The notes under the pieces were generated by a model. It saw only the letters and a program-made list of their open reading frames with translations. It made no database searches and was not told where the DNA came from. DNA of 44,509 nt from Parvularia atlantis (lineage: Eukaryota): assembly GCA_943704415.1 (NCBI GenBank), contig CALSCO010000861.1, forward strand, positions 1-44,509, written 5' to 3'. Both the position numbers and the translations under genes were made by a program. Numbering within the stretch: position 1 is the first letter of the stretch; every line of letters starts with the position of its first letter. Positions 1-13,886 of this stretch are shown here, piece by piece.

Positions 1-89
1 CGCTCGACCTGCTCGTGCAGCACAAGTCCGGCGTCGAGGCGCAGCTGACCGCCCTCCGCGCCGAGCTCAACGAGGCCGCGTCATCGTGA
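1..89 (+). CDS. 3' end of an unidentified gene (coiled-coil-like C-terminus), truncated by the window edge
   Basis: Frame from nt 3 reads LDLLVQHKSGVEAQLTALRAELNEAASS* with host-like GC3-rich codons. TGA at 87-89 is followed by a more T-rich spacer. Confidence 0.6.
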   Translation, partial: LDLLVQHKSGVEAQLTALRAELNEAASS

Positions 90-155
90 TCAGTGGCCGC
101 GAGCAGTGTGATGTTTGTCGTGTTTATGTGCCAAACTGACGGCTTCTCAAGCAAG

Positions 156-1624
156 CTAGAGGCGGGTCGCCAGCACCTCTGCCAGCAGCGCAAGCAGGCG
201 TTCGTTCTGTTCCCGCGTGCCCACGGTGATGCGCAGCCCGTCCGTGCAGTGCATCTCCGACCCGCGGTAGCGGACAACCTTTGTGCGTGGCGTGTGAGCC
301 CGGCGACTGGCAATGATCTGCAAACGCACCACGCCGCGGTCGGCCATCTCCTTGTACACGACCAGCGCATCGACCACCTGGTGCCGTAGCAGCGTCAGTA
401 GCGAGCGCTCTTCACAGCGACCGCGGCGCACCTGCGCGATGAAAAAGTTGGCGTCCGAGTGGAACACGCCGCGCACGCCCTTGACCGCCGCGACCTGCGC
501 CATGAGCCACGCGCGCTCGATCTTGAGCGTCTCGACGTGCTCGCGCATGCGCGCCAGGCCCTCGGGCGAGTAGGCACGCATCGCTAAGGCATCATGAGAG
601 CGGTGACTGGCAGAAACGCGCTGAACGCACCGACGGCCTGCGTTAGCTTGTTCATGTTGTAAGGCGCCTTGACCTTGTTCATCACGGCGATCAGCTCCGG
701 GTGGGCAAACGACATGCCGAGACTGCAGCGCGTGAGGACCGCGACGCAGGCTCTCATGTGCGCACGTACCGGATGCCGGCGAGGCCGAACGACTTGGACA
801 TGGTCTGCAGCACGACCAGGTTGGGGTACTTGGCCACGAGCGGCGCGACGCTCGCGTTGCCGCTAAAGTCAACGTAGGCCTCGTCGACGACGACCACGGC
901 CGTCGTGCACTCGTCCAGCAGGCGCAGCAGGTCGGCCATGCGCACGTCCTTCGCGGCGGGGTTGTTGGGCGTGCACACGAAAACAAGGCGCGCGGTCTCC
1001 TGCGCGCGCGTGACCTTGAGGATCTGTGTGCGGGCTCGTGTGGTCAGCCGGCGTTGCGGGCGACAGGCGGACGCACCTCGTCCGTCGGCAGGTCAAAGTC
1101 GCTGGTGAGCGGCACGGAGACGACGCCGACGTCGTTTGTGGCCGCGGCGACCTTGTACATGCCGTACGTGGGCGGGCTGATGACGATGCTGTCGACGCCT
1201 GGGCGGCAGAAGACGCGCACGAGCAGGTCGATGGCCTCGTCCGAGCCCACGCCGACAAAGATGTTGTCGGGCTGTACGCCCCGGAACGCGGCGATCAACG
1301 CCTGTCGCACGCGCGCGCGTGCGCGTCAGTGGCGCGCCGGCCGGCCGGGCGATCGTCGTCGCGCCTTGAGCTCCTTCTGGTGCGGGTCTGGGTAGCGCTC
1401 GAGCTCGGCCGGGTAGCCGTCGAGGTAGCTGACGGGCGCGCCGAGCGCGTTCTCGTTGGCGTCGAGCAGCACGCCGGTCTCGTAGTCGTCGCGGGCGCTG
1501 AGCATCGCGGCGCAGGTGAGTACAATCTGCACAGCGACACCGCACGGACGCGGCACCAGCGGTACGGCTGCAGCGCCCAGATGTTGGGCCGCACGACGCG
1601 CCGCATATCGAACGGACGCGCCAT
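156..1624 (-). CDS. HIS5: Histidinol-phosphate aminotransferase, 7 introns
   Basis: Spliced product: MARPFDMRRVVRPNIWALQPYRCARDDY..LLDANENALG..YPDP..GVGSDEAID..PPTYGMY..CTPNNP..VVDEAYVDF..TMSKSFGLAGIRLG (PLP lysine)..LRITVGT. Intron 1302-1364 is GC-AG. Confidence 0.95.
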
Positions 1625-1647
1625 GTGGCAGCCACGTGACCGAGGAA

Positions 1648-1663
1648 TGTGACACGCGGCCAT
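1648..1663 (+). promoter_or_regulatory. 16-mer TGTGACACGCGGCCAT upstream of KRI1
   Basis: Identical to 4700-4715; ends 21 nt before the ATG. Confidence 0.55.
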
Positions 1664-1684
1664 AGCATTTGCCTGGCTGCGTCG

Positions 1685-4550
1685 ATGGGGCCACGCGGCG
1701 AGACGACGACGAAGAAGAAGAAGGCGCCGCTGCCGCTGGCCGATGCGGGCGACGGCGACGGCGGCGACGGCGGAGACGATGGGGAGCTGCGCATCACCGT
1801 CAACGAGGCGTACGCGCGCAAGTACGCGGAGCGCAAGCGGCGCGAGGAGCTGCAGCGGCGTGCGTCGCATGTGGCGGGCGCGGCGAGGCGCCTCACGCGG
1901 CGCGCGGCGCGCAGTCGAGGAAAAGTACGGCCGCGACGACGCGGACGCGGCCGTGGCCGAGGACGACGACGAAGAAGACGAGGACGACGAGGACGAGGAG
2001 GAGGACGACGTCGGCGAGCTGCTCACGCCCGACGTCGACAAGCAGATCCTGCGCACGCTCGCCCTCATCAAGGCCCGCGACCCGCGCGTCTACGACGACA
2101 AGCTCAACTTCTTCTCCGGTCCGTGCGCGCGCACGCACGGCCGGGTAGAGGCTGAGCTTGTGCGCACCGCAGACGAGCAGATTGCCGAGGCGCGGCGCCA
2201 GTGGGAGGAGAAGCAGGCGCAGCTCAAGCGCCAGGGCAAGCCGATGCGGCTCAAGGACTATGAGCGCAAGCAGCTGCTCAAGGGCAAGGTCGGCGCGCCC
2301 GGTGAGGAGGAGGACGACGAGGCCGCGCCGGCCAAGCCGACGTACTTTGAGGAGCAGCGGCAGCTGAAGGAGGCATTCCGGTCGGTGCTCGAGGACGGCA
2401 AAGAGGGCGACGGCGAGGAAGACGACGACTTGTTCACGAAGCGCGCGCGCAATGAGGGCGAGGCGCAGGAGGACGAGGACGACTACCAGTCGTGGCTGCT
2501 CGACAAGGCCTCGCCGGTGCGCGCCCGCCCGACCAAGTCGCCGACCGCTTGCACCGACACGCTGCGCACGCGCAACGCACAGGGCGCGCCCGAGCAGGCA
2601 AAGGAGCTGGACACGCTTAAGCGGTACTGGAGCGATCCGAACCTGGACCCGAGCGAGCAGTTCCTGCGCGAGTGCGCTGCTGCCGCCGCTTGGTGTGCGC
2701 ACACTGCTGCTGACCGGCGTCGACTGCGCCCCAGTTACGTGCTCAACCGCGGGTGGATCGATAAGACTGAGCCCGTGCCGACCTACGAGCAGATCGTGAA
2801 CGATGATGCTGACGCGGTGCGCCGACCCTTGTGCCCGCACAGCCGCGCTGAACCGACGCCCGACGCCAGGAGGAGCTCGAGCGCATGGAGCAGTTTGAGC
2901 ACAGGTACAACTTCCGCTTCGAGGAGCCGTGCGTGTCTCTCCGCTTGACCGAGGTCATGCTGGCTGACGGCCGGATGGGCGCGCGACAGGGAGGGCGCGA
3001 TGATCAAGACGTTTGCGCGCAACCCGGAGGACTCGGTGCGGCGCAAGGACACGAAGCGGCACGACAAGCGCAAGCAGGTGGAGGAGCGCAAGGAGCATGA
3101 GAAGAAACACAAACAGGAGGAGCTGCGGCGCCTGCGAGAGCTCAAGAAGCACGAGATCCTTGACAAGCTCAAGAAGATCGCCGAAATCAGCGGGGCGCCC
3201 CTGGTAGACTTTGAGGGTGCGCCTTTGCAGGCGCGCAAGCACATCGTATGCTCAGGCGCGCGCGTGCGCGTGCGCAGGCGTGGACCTCGAGGCCGACTTT
3301 GACCCGGAAGCGCACGACCGCGCCATGCAGCAGATGTTTGACGAGACGTACTACGCCGAGCAGGTGCGCTGCCGCGCGCTTGCGCGTTGCGGCTGCTGAG
3401 CGCGCCGCGCGGCAGGCGGACGACGAGAAGCCCGACTTTTCGGAGGAGTACGACGAGCTGTTTGAGGAGGAGCTGCTCGTGCACGACGCCGAGGACGCCG
3501 GCGACGACGGAGAGGGCGACGGAGAGGGCGAGGGCGAGGGCGCGGACGAGGGCGCGGACGACGAGCCGGTCGGCACTACGCCCGCGCTGCAAGGCACGGA
3601 CGACGCGCTCGAACGCGAGATCGAAGACCTGCAGCGGCGCAAGTGCGTGCAAACGCTGCAACACTCGTTTGCTCGAGGCTGCTGACGGTCTGCACAACAG
3701 GGCCATGCGCAAGCTGTCCAAACGGCAGCGCGAGCGCCTGCAGCGCCTCGAGAAGCTGCGCTCGCGCTCGCGGCGCCGCCAGGCCAAGCGGCCCGTCGAG
3801 GAAGGTGCGCACCGTCGCGCGAGCTTGCCGTGCTGCACGCTCACGACCGCGGCGCCAGACCCCGAGGACGTCGCGCGGCGGCTCGTGGAGGCGCTCGAGG
3901 AGACCGGTGCGGCCGAGGGCGAGGGCGAGAGCAGCGCGGGCAAGCAGCAGGTCGATGCGCTGCTGGACGAGTACTACCAGCTCAACTACGAAGACATCGT
4001 GCGCCCCGGCCAGACGGGGCGGCGTTCCAGCCGCGCTGACGCTACCGCGCGAACAGATCGGCGGCGACCAACCCACGCGCTTCAAGTACCGGCAGGTGAC
4101 GCCCTCGACGTACGGTCTCACGATCGAGGAGATCCTGTTTGCGCCCGACCGCGAACTCAACGCGCACGTGTCGCTCAAGAAGCTGGCGCCGTGCGCGGCC
4201 CTCGCGCGCGCACATCGGCACGTCGCTGAGGCTGTGCGCGCGCGCGCGCGCGCTGCAGGTACCGGCCGAGCGAGGTGCAGGAGCAGGACATGCGCCGGTT
4301 CTCGCGGTCCAAGCGCGTGCGGCAGTTCCGCGACAAGCTCAAGGCCTTTGTGCCGTTCCTGTACGACGACGGCAGCAGCGCGGACGCCGCCGACGGCGCC
4401 GAGATCGCCGCGCCGCAGCGAGGCAAGCCGCAGCAGCACCACCCGCCTGGCGCCAACCACGCCGTGCGCAAGCAAGCGGCCGCGGTGGGCATGTCGGCCG
4501 AGCGTCTGCTGTCGTACAGCGCCGGGGCCAAGCGGCCCAGGCGAGAGTGA
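1685..4550 (+). CDS. KRI1: KRI1-like 40S ribosome biogenesis protein, 12 introns
   Basis: Motifs VNEAYARKY..KRREELQRLEEKYG, EQFLRDYVLNRGW, FEHRYNFRFEEP, LDEYYQLNYEDI and TRFKYRQV.P..YGLTIEEILFAPDRELNAHVSLKKLAPYR join in frame across GT-AG introns. Confidence 0.95.
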
Positions 4551-4699
4551 GGCGTGTGCACACTGGCAAATCGGCTCGCAGATTTCTCACAGCACGCGCG
4601 AGTTGGTCCTCCGGTCCGCAGGCGCGCTCGACGAATGACCAGCAGCAGCTTGTGGCACGCGCGATCCGCAGCCAGGCACTCTGCATGATGCCCGCGAAC

Positions 4700-4715
4700 T
4701 GTGACACGCGGCCAT
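4700..4715 (+). promoter_or_regulatory. 16-mer TGTGACACGCGGCCAT upstream of SAD1
   Basis: Identical to 1648-1663; ends 18 nt before the ATG. Confidence 0.55.
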
Positions 4716-4733
4716 CACTCTCGCCGCTCTGCG

Positions 4734-6956
4734 ATGTCGAAGCGGGCCGCGGCCGACGACGACGACGATGCCGCGGGCGAGGCCGACGCGCTCACCGATG
4801 CGGCCACGGCGAGCCGCGCACTGGCCGAGCGGCGCGAGCACAAGCGGCAGAAGGCGCGATGCGGGGGGGGACACGCCGTGGCTGCGGCTGACACCTGACG
4901 ATGTCGGACGCGACACGAGCAGGAGCAGGCGATGGGCCGCAACTGCCCGTATCTCGACACGGTGCGGCGCGGGTACCTCGACTTTGACTTTGAGAAGCTG
5001 TGCTCGGTGTCGCTCGCGCACCAGCACGTGTACGGCTGCCTCGTCTGCGGCAAGTACTTCCAGGGTGCGTTGGCGGCGGCGACGGGCGGGCGAGAGACTG
5101 AGCGCGCGTGTCTGCACTGGCAGGGCGCGGCCCGGCGTCGTACGCGGCGCAGCACAGCATCAGCGAGGCGCACCACGTCTTCATCAACCTGAGCACGCTC
5201 AAGGCGCGCGCGCGCACGGCGTCGTCGACGCAAAGCCCTGACTGTCGCGCGCTCACCGCACAGTTCTACTGCCTCCCGGACGATTACGAGATCATCGACT
5301 CGTCGCTCGACGACATCAAGGTGTGCACGCTCATGCGGTGCGACGTGACACGCGCGTGAGCCGACACGCGGGCGCGGCAAAGTACGTCGTACGGCCGACG
5401 TTCACCAAGGAGGAGATCGAGCGGCTCGACCAGAACACGAGCGAGGCGCACGACCTCGCCGGCAAGCCGTACCTGTCCGGTGCGTATCGTGCGGGCCCCT
5501 CGCTGTGCCGCGCTGACTTGCCGGCGCAGGCTTCATCGGCATGAACAACATCAAGGCCAACGACTACCTCAACGTGGTCGTGCAGGCGCTGGCGCACGTG
5601 CCGCGCCTGCGCAACTTCTTCATGCAGGAGAGCAACTACGAGGGCCACAAGACCCCGCTGCGTGCGTGTCCATGCGTCGTCGTGGACGGGGCTGACGGCG
5701 TGTGGCGCAGTGAGCACGTTTGGCGAGGCCGTGCGCAAGCTCTGGAGCCCGCGCCTGTTTAAGGGCCAGATGAGCCCGCACGAGTTTATCCAGGCACGGC
5801 GCTGCACACGGCGCCACGTGTGACGTACCGTGCTGACACGTCCCGCGCACGCAGGCCGTCTCGACCGCGTCCAACAAGCGCTTCACGTCGTCGGTGCAGA
5901 GCGACCCGCTGGACTTCCTGTCGTGGCTGCTCAACCAGATGCACCACGACTTGGGCGGCGGCGACACGATCATGTGCGCGCGCTGTTGGTCGCGTGCGCT
6001 TCCGGGACGCTGACGTGGAGCGCAGCTCCGAGTGCTTCCAGGGCGAGGTCGAGGTGACGACGTCCAAGCTCGAGATCATCAACCTGGACGGGATCGACGG
6101 TCAGCCAAAGACGACGCTATCGTGTGCGTGCGGCGATGGTGGGCGGCAAGCGCTGGTCCTGACGAGGCGCAGCCGAGCCCGCGGTCACAGCGCAGACGAC
6201 GTTCCTGTTCCTGACGCTGGAGGTGCCGCCGCCGCCGCTGTTCAAGGACGAGATGGAGCGCAACATCATCCCGCAGGTGCGCGCCCGGCACGTCTCCCGG
6301 TGCATGTGGCTGCTGAGACTGGTTGGCGCGCGCGCGCGCGCAGGTCCCGCTCGCGCAGCTGCTCAGCAAGTTTGACGGGCGCAGCGTGCACGTGGACACG
6401 CGCAAGGTGCGAGCTCGCGCGCGCACTGCGGTCGCTGAATGCGCACGCGTCCCGCAGGGCGTCCAGCGCACGTACCGGCTACGGCGCCTGCCGCCGTACC
6501 TGGTGCTGATCATCAAGCGGTTCACGCGCAACAACTGGGACCTGGAGAAGAACCCGACCGTGATCAACTTCCCGATCAAGAACATCGACTTGGGCGACTG
6601 TGCGGCGCGCGCGGCCGGGTGCGTTGCTCGTGCTGATTCGCGCGGCGTGCGCAGACGTGACGCCGTCCAAGGGCGCGAGGGGCGTGGGCGGGACGGGCTC
6701 GACGCGGTACGACCTGGTGGCCAACATCATCCACGAGGGCCCGCCGGGGCCGGGCAAGGGCGTGTACAAGACGCAGATGGTCAACAAGGTGCGCGTGCGC
6801 CGCGCGTGGCCCGTGCGCGGGTGGCTGAGGCACAGCGGGCGGCAGGGCAACGGGCAGTGGTGGCAGGTGCAGGACCTGTACAAGGAGGAGAAGACGGCGC
6901 AGATGATCTTCCTATCTGAGTCGTACATCCAGGTGTGGGAGCAGCAGGCGCCGTGA
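4734..6956 (+). CDS. SAD1: U4/U6.U5 tri-snRNP protein Sad1/USP39 (ZnF-UBP plus inactive USP domain), about 13 introns
   Basis: CPYLDTVRRGYLDFDFEKLCSVSL..VYGCLVCGKYFQGRG; FYCLPDDYEIIDSSLDDIK; GMNNIKANDYLN (Asp replaces the catalytic Cys, typical of this family); EKNPTVINFP; QMIFLSESYIQVWE. Confidence 0.96.
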
Positions 6957-6983
6957 GCGAGGTGGTGTGTGCGCGAGTAGAGA

Positions 6984-6985
<2 letters not shown>

Positions 6986-7015
<30 letters not shown>
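6986..7015. repeat. (AG)15 microsatellite between SAD1 and the E2 gene
   Basis: Seen directly in the sequence. Confidence 0.95.
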
Positions 7016-7016
<1 letters not shown>

Positions 7017-7070
7017 AGGCAGCGTGACAGGGCTCATTTCGCTCGTCGCGTCGACCTCACTGCCGCCGGG

Positions 7071-7874
7071 ATGGCCACGCGGAGGCTCCAGAAGGCACGT
7101 CGGGCGCGCGCTGTGCCGCGGCGGCGGTGGTGGGTGGACGGGCAGGCTGGCGGAGAGGGAGGGGTTGGTGGCGCACAAGGCGGCAATCACGGGCACCTGA
7201 CGCCTCGTGCCCCCCCCCCCACCTCCCAGGAGATGACGACGCTGCAGAAGGAGCCGGTGCCCGGCGTGGGCGTGCAGTTCGCCAACGACCAGTCGGTGTA
7301 CCTGTGGGACGTGACCGTGCGCGGCCCGCCAAAGTCGCCGTACGAGAACGGCGTCTTCAAGCTGCGTCTCGAGGTGCGCCTGGTGGGGACGGCCTGGTGG
7401 ACGTGGTGCTGGTGGTGGACAGTGGTGGACAGTGGTGGACAGTGGTCGTGGGTTGGGTGGGGTGGGGAGAAGGGGGGGGATCCCGCGTCGGGACGTCAGC
7501 GGCACGCACCGCAGCAACAGCCGCTCACGACGGACGCACGACGGACGCACGACTGACGCACGACGCACGACGCGCACAACGCACAACAGGCGCTCGAAAA
7601 CTACCCGTTCGTGGCGCCCAAGCTGGCGTTCACGACCAAGATCTACCACCCGAACGTGGACGAGAACGGGGAGATCTGCCTGGCGATCCTCAAGAGCGAC
7701 AACTGGAAGCCGTCGGTGACGATGGCCGACATCTTCCGCGACATCCTCGACCTCCTCGCCAACCCGCAGCCCGACAGCGCCCTGCGCGAGCAGATCGCCG
7801 CGCAGTTCAAGGCCAGCCGCGCCCAGTTTGACGCCGCGGCCAAGGAGGAGACGCGCAAGCACGCCATGGCCTGA
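7071..7874 (+). CDS. Ubiquitin-conjugating enzyme E2, UBE2L3/UbcH7-like, 2 introns (7095-7229 GC-AG; 7374-7589)
   Basis: [72 protein letters not shown] motif and catalytic Cys are present; NWKP and PQP resemble UBE2L3. Confidence 0.93.
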
Positions 7875-7997
7875 TCGTGCCGGCTTGTGAGCTCTGTCAC
7901 CGCTCTGTCTGTGTGTGAGGACGGCGTGCTCTGTGTGTGCGTGTGGGCTGGAGGGCGAGGACGTGAGCGAGCCACACTTCTTCTGATCAGCACCACG

Positions 7998-8939
7998 ATG
8001 GCCCTCACACCGGCCGAGTGCGAGTTCGTGGCCGAGGACACGCTCGTCTCGATCGTGCCCAACTTCACCATGGACCAGCTGCGCTTCGTCGGCGTGCGCA
8101 CGTCCCCCGCCCGCCCAAGGACGGCGCGATCGCTCACGGCGCATTGCAGGGCACGTACGGCCCGTTCAGGCCGCAGCGCCCCGTGCGCGTCCCGCTCTGG
8201 CTCGCCGTCACGCTCAAGAAGCGCCAGAAGTGCAAGATCCAGCCGCCACCGATCCTCTCGCTCCGTGCGCGCCAGCCGGCCCGGTCGCGCTCTGTACACG
8301 CCGCCCGCTGAGCGCCGCGACGCCGCCCAGGCACGCTGCAGGACCTGTACGCGCGCGAGCAGGACCCCAACAGCGACGGCTTCGAGCGCGTGCCGTTCCA
8401 CTACCTCGAGATCGCCTTCTTGCTCCTCGACTGGTGCGCCGTGCGACCTCGGCCGCGCCTGCTCATACGCGCGAGGCGGCGACAGCGCGTCCGACGACAT
8501 CGCGCAACCGAACCAAGTTCGCACGGTGCTCGAGGACCTGCGCGAGCAGCGCCAGGCCAAGATCCGCATGCTCTTCCAGCTGCTCGCGCGCTCGCAGAGC
8601 GCCGCGCCCGTCAAGGTGCTGCCGTGCGCGCTGTGCGCGTGCTGTGTGCTAATGACGCCGCGCAGCTCAACAACGTCGCGATGATGGAACTCAACGAGGC
8701 GCGCCCGCTGCTCCTGCGCTCGCTGCACGAGATCAACATGCTCACGCTGCGGTGCGCGCATGGGGGCCGCTCGCTTGCGCCCTGCGCTCACACGACGTAG
8801 GACAACCGACGACGAGTTTCAGGACGGCGGGGCCGCCGCGGCCGACAGCGCGGGCGGGCCGGGCGACGCGCTCGGTGGCGAGGACGCCGACGGCGCGCGG
8901 CCAGAGCTCGGCGTGCGGCCCGCGCGCACGGCGCGGTGA
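7998..8939 (+). CDS. PSF2: GINS complex subunit Psf2, 5 introns
   Basis: [92 protein letters not shown]. Confidence 0.95.
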
Positions 8940-9012
8940 GGAAGAGCAATCGCCTCCTTCTTTGGTTCTGCACACATGCACGGCACAGAGCACATCCGGG
9001 CACTCGCACGTC

Positions 9013-9185
9013 TCATGTCACCTTCTTCTCGGCGAAGAAGCGCGTGAGGTGCCGCAACTGCCACAGCGTGACGACGAGCATGACGACGACCTGCAACAGC
9101 ACAAACCAGACCACGCGCGAGTTGACCGCCTCGCTCAGGTCGCGGAAGACCTCCTCCTGCTCCTGCGTGCGGCGGGCCGGTCAGC

Positions 9186-9217
<32 letters not shown>

Positions 9218-9984
9218 GGACCGGCACAAACAAACGCGTGCCTTCTGGTACTGCTGCTCGCGCCGGATGTCGACCACGCGGTTGTTGAGGTCGCGGATCT
9301 GCAGCGCGAGGCCTGCACCGGGTCAGCCCGCGCGTGTGCGTGATGTGGGCGGGTGCGCACTGCTCAGCCGCTCGCGCTGCTCGTTGATGTCGTGCGCGCC
9401 CTCGCCCACGGTCATGTCAAAGTACATTTTCTGTGGCGACAGCGGCGACGTTGAGGGGGCGCGCGACAGGCCGCAGCGAGCGCGCGCACCGCCTTCTGCG
9501 CGCTGCGGAACCAGGCGGTCTGGTTCGTGCGGATGCAGATCTCGTGGTCGCCGGCGTATGTCGCCGTGAACGTGAACCGCCCGGCGTGGTCCTTCTTGAG
9601 CTTGAGCAGGTAGTTGCGGTTGGTCATGTCCTTTGGTGTGTGTGTGCGTGTTAGCGCTGCTGCGGCCGCGAGCGGCACCGCACCATGACGTTGACGAGCA
9701 CGCCGACCTCGTTGTTTTCGACGTACACGCCGTTGTCCTCCACGAGCGCGCGGTAGTTGGCTGGGCGCGGGCGCGGCGGCCGTCAGCCGATCACCTCCGT
9801 CGCACAGCACCGTCGCGCGCGCCACACCGACGACGAGCGTGCCCTTGGGCAGCATCTCCGTGAAGCAGCGCTGCGCACCGTGCTCGAGGTAGAAGTGCAG
9901 TGCGTCGGCCGCGCGCGGCGCCGTCGCCACCGCCGCCACCAGCGCCGCGCACAGCGCCAGCCACACGCGCCTCATCGGGGCCAT
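9013..9984 (-). CDS. p24/emp24/TMED cargo receptor (alpha-like), 5 introns
   Basis: Signal peptide, GOLD domain (LHFYLEHGAQRCFTEMLPKGTLV..GRFTFTATYAGDHEIC), coiled coil, EQQYQKEQEEVFRDLSEAVNSRVVWF, TM segment and FFAEKKVT dilysine tail. Confidence 0.93.
9186..9213. repeat. (CA)14 microsatellite in the last TMED intron
   Basis: Seen directly in the sequence. Confidence 0.9.
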
Positions 9985-10183
9985 CCTGCGACGCGCCTGG
10001 CTGCGACAACTGCGGCCACGTGCACGGTCCGCGGCCATGCTGCTGCAATGGCTGAGCTCGCGTACTACTCAGCGTGGAGGCTGCGATGACAAATGGTATT
10101 ACAGACACTCCGCCCTTTTGCAACAATTGTTATATATATGTTAACTCATTTTTATATGCCACACACTCGAAACTAGACGTGTC

Positions 10184-11923
<1,740 letters not shown>

Positions 11924-11935
11924 GCCATGTAAATG

Positions 11936-13867
11936 CTAGTCGGCCTTATCCTTCTCGGCCGGTGAGCCGCGCACGCGCTGCAGCAGCCGCGTGAGGAGCG
12001 AGGGCCGGTCGGTGTGCAGCACGAAGCGCCGCGTGAGCATGTTGAAGACGGAGCCGAAGAAGAGCGCGACGAGGGTCGAGGTAAACGTGATCACGTTGTA
12101 CGGCATCGAAAAGTCGGGCGTGGGCAGCGATGCGAGCAGGCTGTCGGCGTACAGCAGGCGGTGCTCGCACGGCTCACTGGCGTCGCACGGCACACGCACA
12201 ATCGACCCGCTGCAGCCCACCCGCCCGTCAGCCGCAGATTCACAGCATGCCAGCGTGCGCACACCTGATGTCAAAGCCGCGGTTGGCGTCCGGCCGGTGC
12301 TCGTCGTAGTGCAGGAAGACGTAGTCAAAGGCGATCGTGACCCACGTCGTCGTCGCGGGTGGCAGCGCCAGGCGCAGCTCGAGCAGGCCCGGGCGCACGC
12401 GCGGCACGGGCGGCAGGTACGCCGTGCGCTCGGGCTCGACGGCCGCGCCCGTCTCGGCCGCGCGCACGGCGAGCGTGTGCAGGTAAACGCGCAGGAACCA
12501 CGGGTAGTGCTCGGCCAGGTCGACCGTGATGGACGCGTTGGCGTGGTTGTCGAGCTGCGTCACAAGCACGCCGCCCTGCTGGCCGTACCCTGGCGCGGCG
12601 GCGTGAGCGCTGTGGCAAGGCGGCCAAACGTGCCGCGCACCGCTCATGAACCGGTGCACCTCGATCGGCGCGCGCGGCGCGTCTTGATGCGTCGGCGGCG
12701 GCAGCGACAGCAGCGCGTCGACCGTGGCTGCGAGTGCGCGGGTGAGACGCGGCCGTGAAGGGTCAGACGGTCACACACTCTGCGGCGCGCACGCCTTGGC
12801 CCAGCGCTGCCCGTCGACGTGCGCAAACGGCGCGCTCGCGTCTGCGGTGACGGCGGCACCGGGCACTGCTGCGAGGTCGACTTCGAGCGTGCTGCGCGAC
12901 GCCAGCACGCACGCGCCGCCAAACGCGCGCCCAAACAGCTGCTGCACGACGGGGCGTGCGCCGCCGAGCCCGGACACGCTCAGCACGGCGACCAGCGACA
13001 GCTCAACGTGGCGGCGCGGCGTGCCGTCGGCGGCCACGTCGTCAGTCCAGAAGTGCAGCGCGAGCGAGCGGTAGTGCGAGTCATAGACGCTCTTGCTGTT
13101 GAGCAGCGCCGCGAAGCCGCTCTGCGCGCGCGCGGTGAGTCCGCGTCGGCCCGGCGCAAGCAAAGGCAGCTCACGGCGGCGCCGCACGGCAGCAGCTTGA
13201 GCCACGGCGTCACGTTCTCGGTGCACATCGTCTCGGCGGGCAGGTGGCCGTAACGGAGCGTCGCGTCTGCGCGCCGCCGCCGCCGCCCGTCTCAGCGCGT
13301 CGGCGACGTGTGCGCCGGCTGCTGTACGCACTGCCGGGGCCGGTCCATCGCGGCGCGAAGACGGCGTGCGGCGCGCTCGTGAGCGGGCCCGTGAGGAAAT
13401 TGAACGAGGCGCAGAGCAGGCCCGAGACGGCGTGGGCCACGTCCAGCCAGCGCTCGTCCGGCGCCGGGTCGCCGCCGTCGATCCACGCGCGCAGCTGCGC
13501 CCCGGCCGGCGCGGCGAGCGGCGCGTGGCCCCAGCGGCGCGCCATCCACCGGCCCTGCGTCAGCGCCGCGTGCAGCTCGCGCGCCCGCACGCGATCCACG
13601 AGCTCGCCGAGCGCGCGCGGGAACAGCGCGTAGTGCCGCACGTCCACCTCCGCGTCTCCGTTGTGCGCATCCGCTACGTCGGTGATCGCGAAGCGCGCGT
13701 GCACCGCGACCTTGGCGCCGTCGCCCAGCGGTCGGATCGTCAGCTGCGCGCGTACATCAAGCATCGAGCGAGCGAGCGAGCGAGCAGCGCACCGTCTCGT
13801 CAAAGCGCTCGGCGGCGGCGGCGATCAGCAGCTGAAGGAGGAGGAGGAGGAGGATCGGCAGATGCAT
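11936..13867 (-). CDS. GPI16: GPI transamidase subunit Gpi16/PIG-T, multi-intron
   Basis: Signal peptide MHLPILLLLLLQLL; ERFDETLTIRPL; LFPRALGE..ELHAALTQGRW; SGLLCASFNF; CTENVTPWLKLLPC; PWFLRVYLHTL; LPTPDFSMPYNVITFTSTLVALFFGSVFN. Confidence 0.96.
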
Positions 13868-13886
13868 GCGCGGCAGTTGACTGTCG

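Noticed and set aside
5538..5573. Missing catalytic Cys in the USP domain as a novelty
   Set aside because: NNIKANDY is the normal state of Sad1/USP39 pseudo-deubiquitinases.
7095..7589. Intronic snoRNA in the long E2 introns
   Set aside because: No C box (RTGATGA) paired with a D box and no convincing H/ACA hairpins. Simple repeats explain the extra length.
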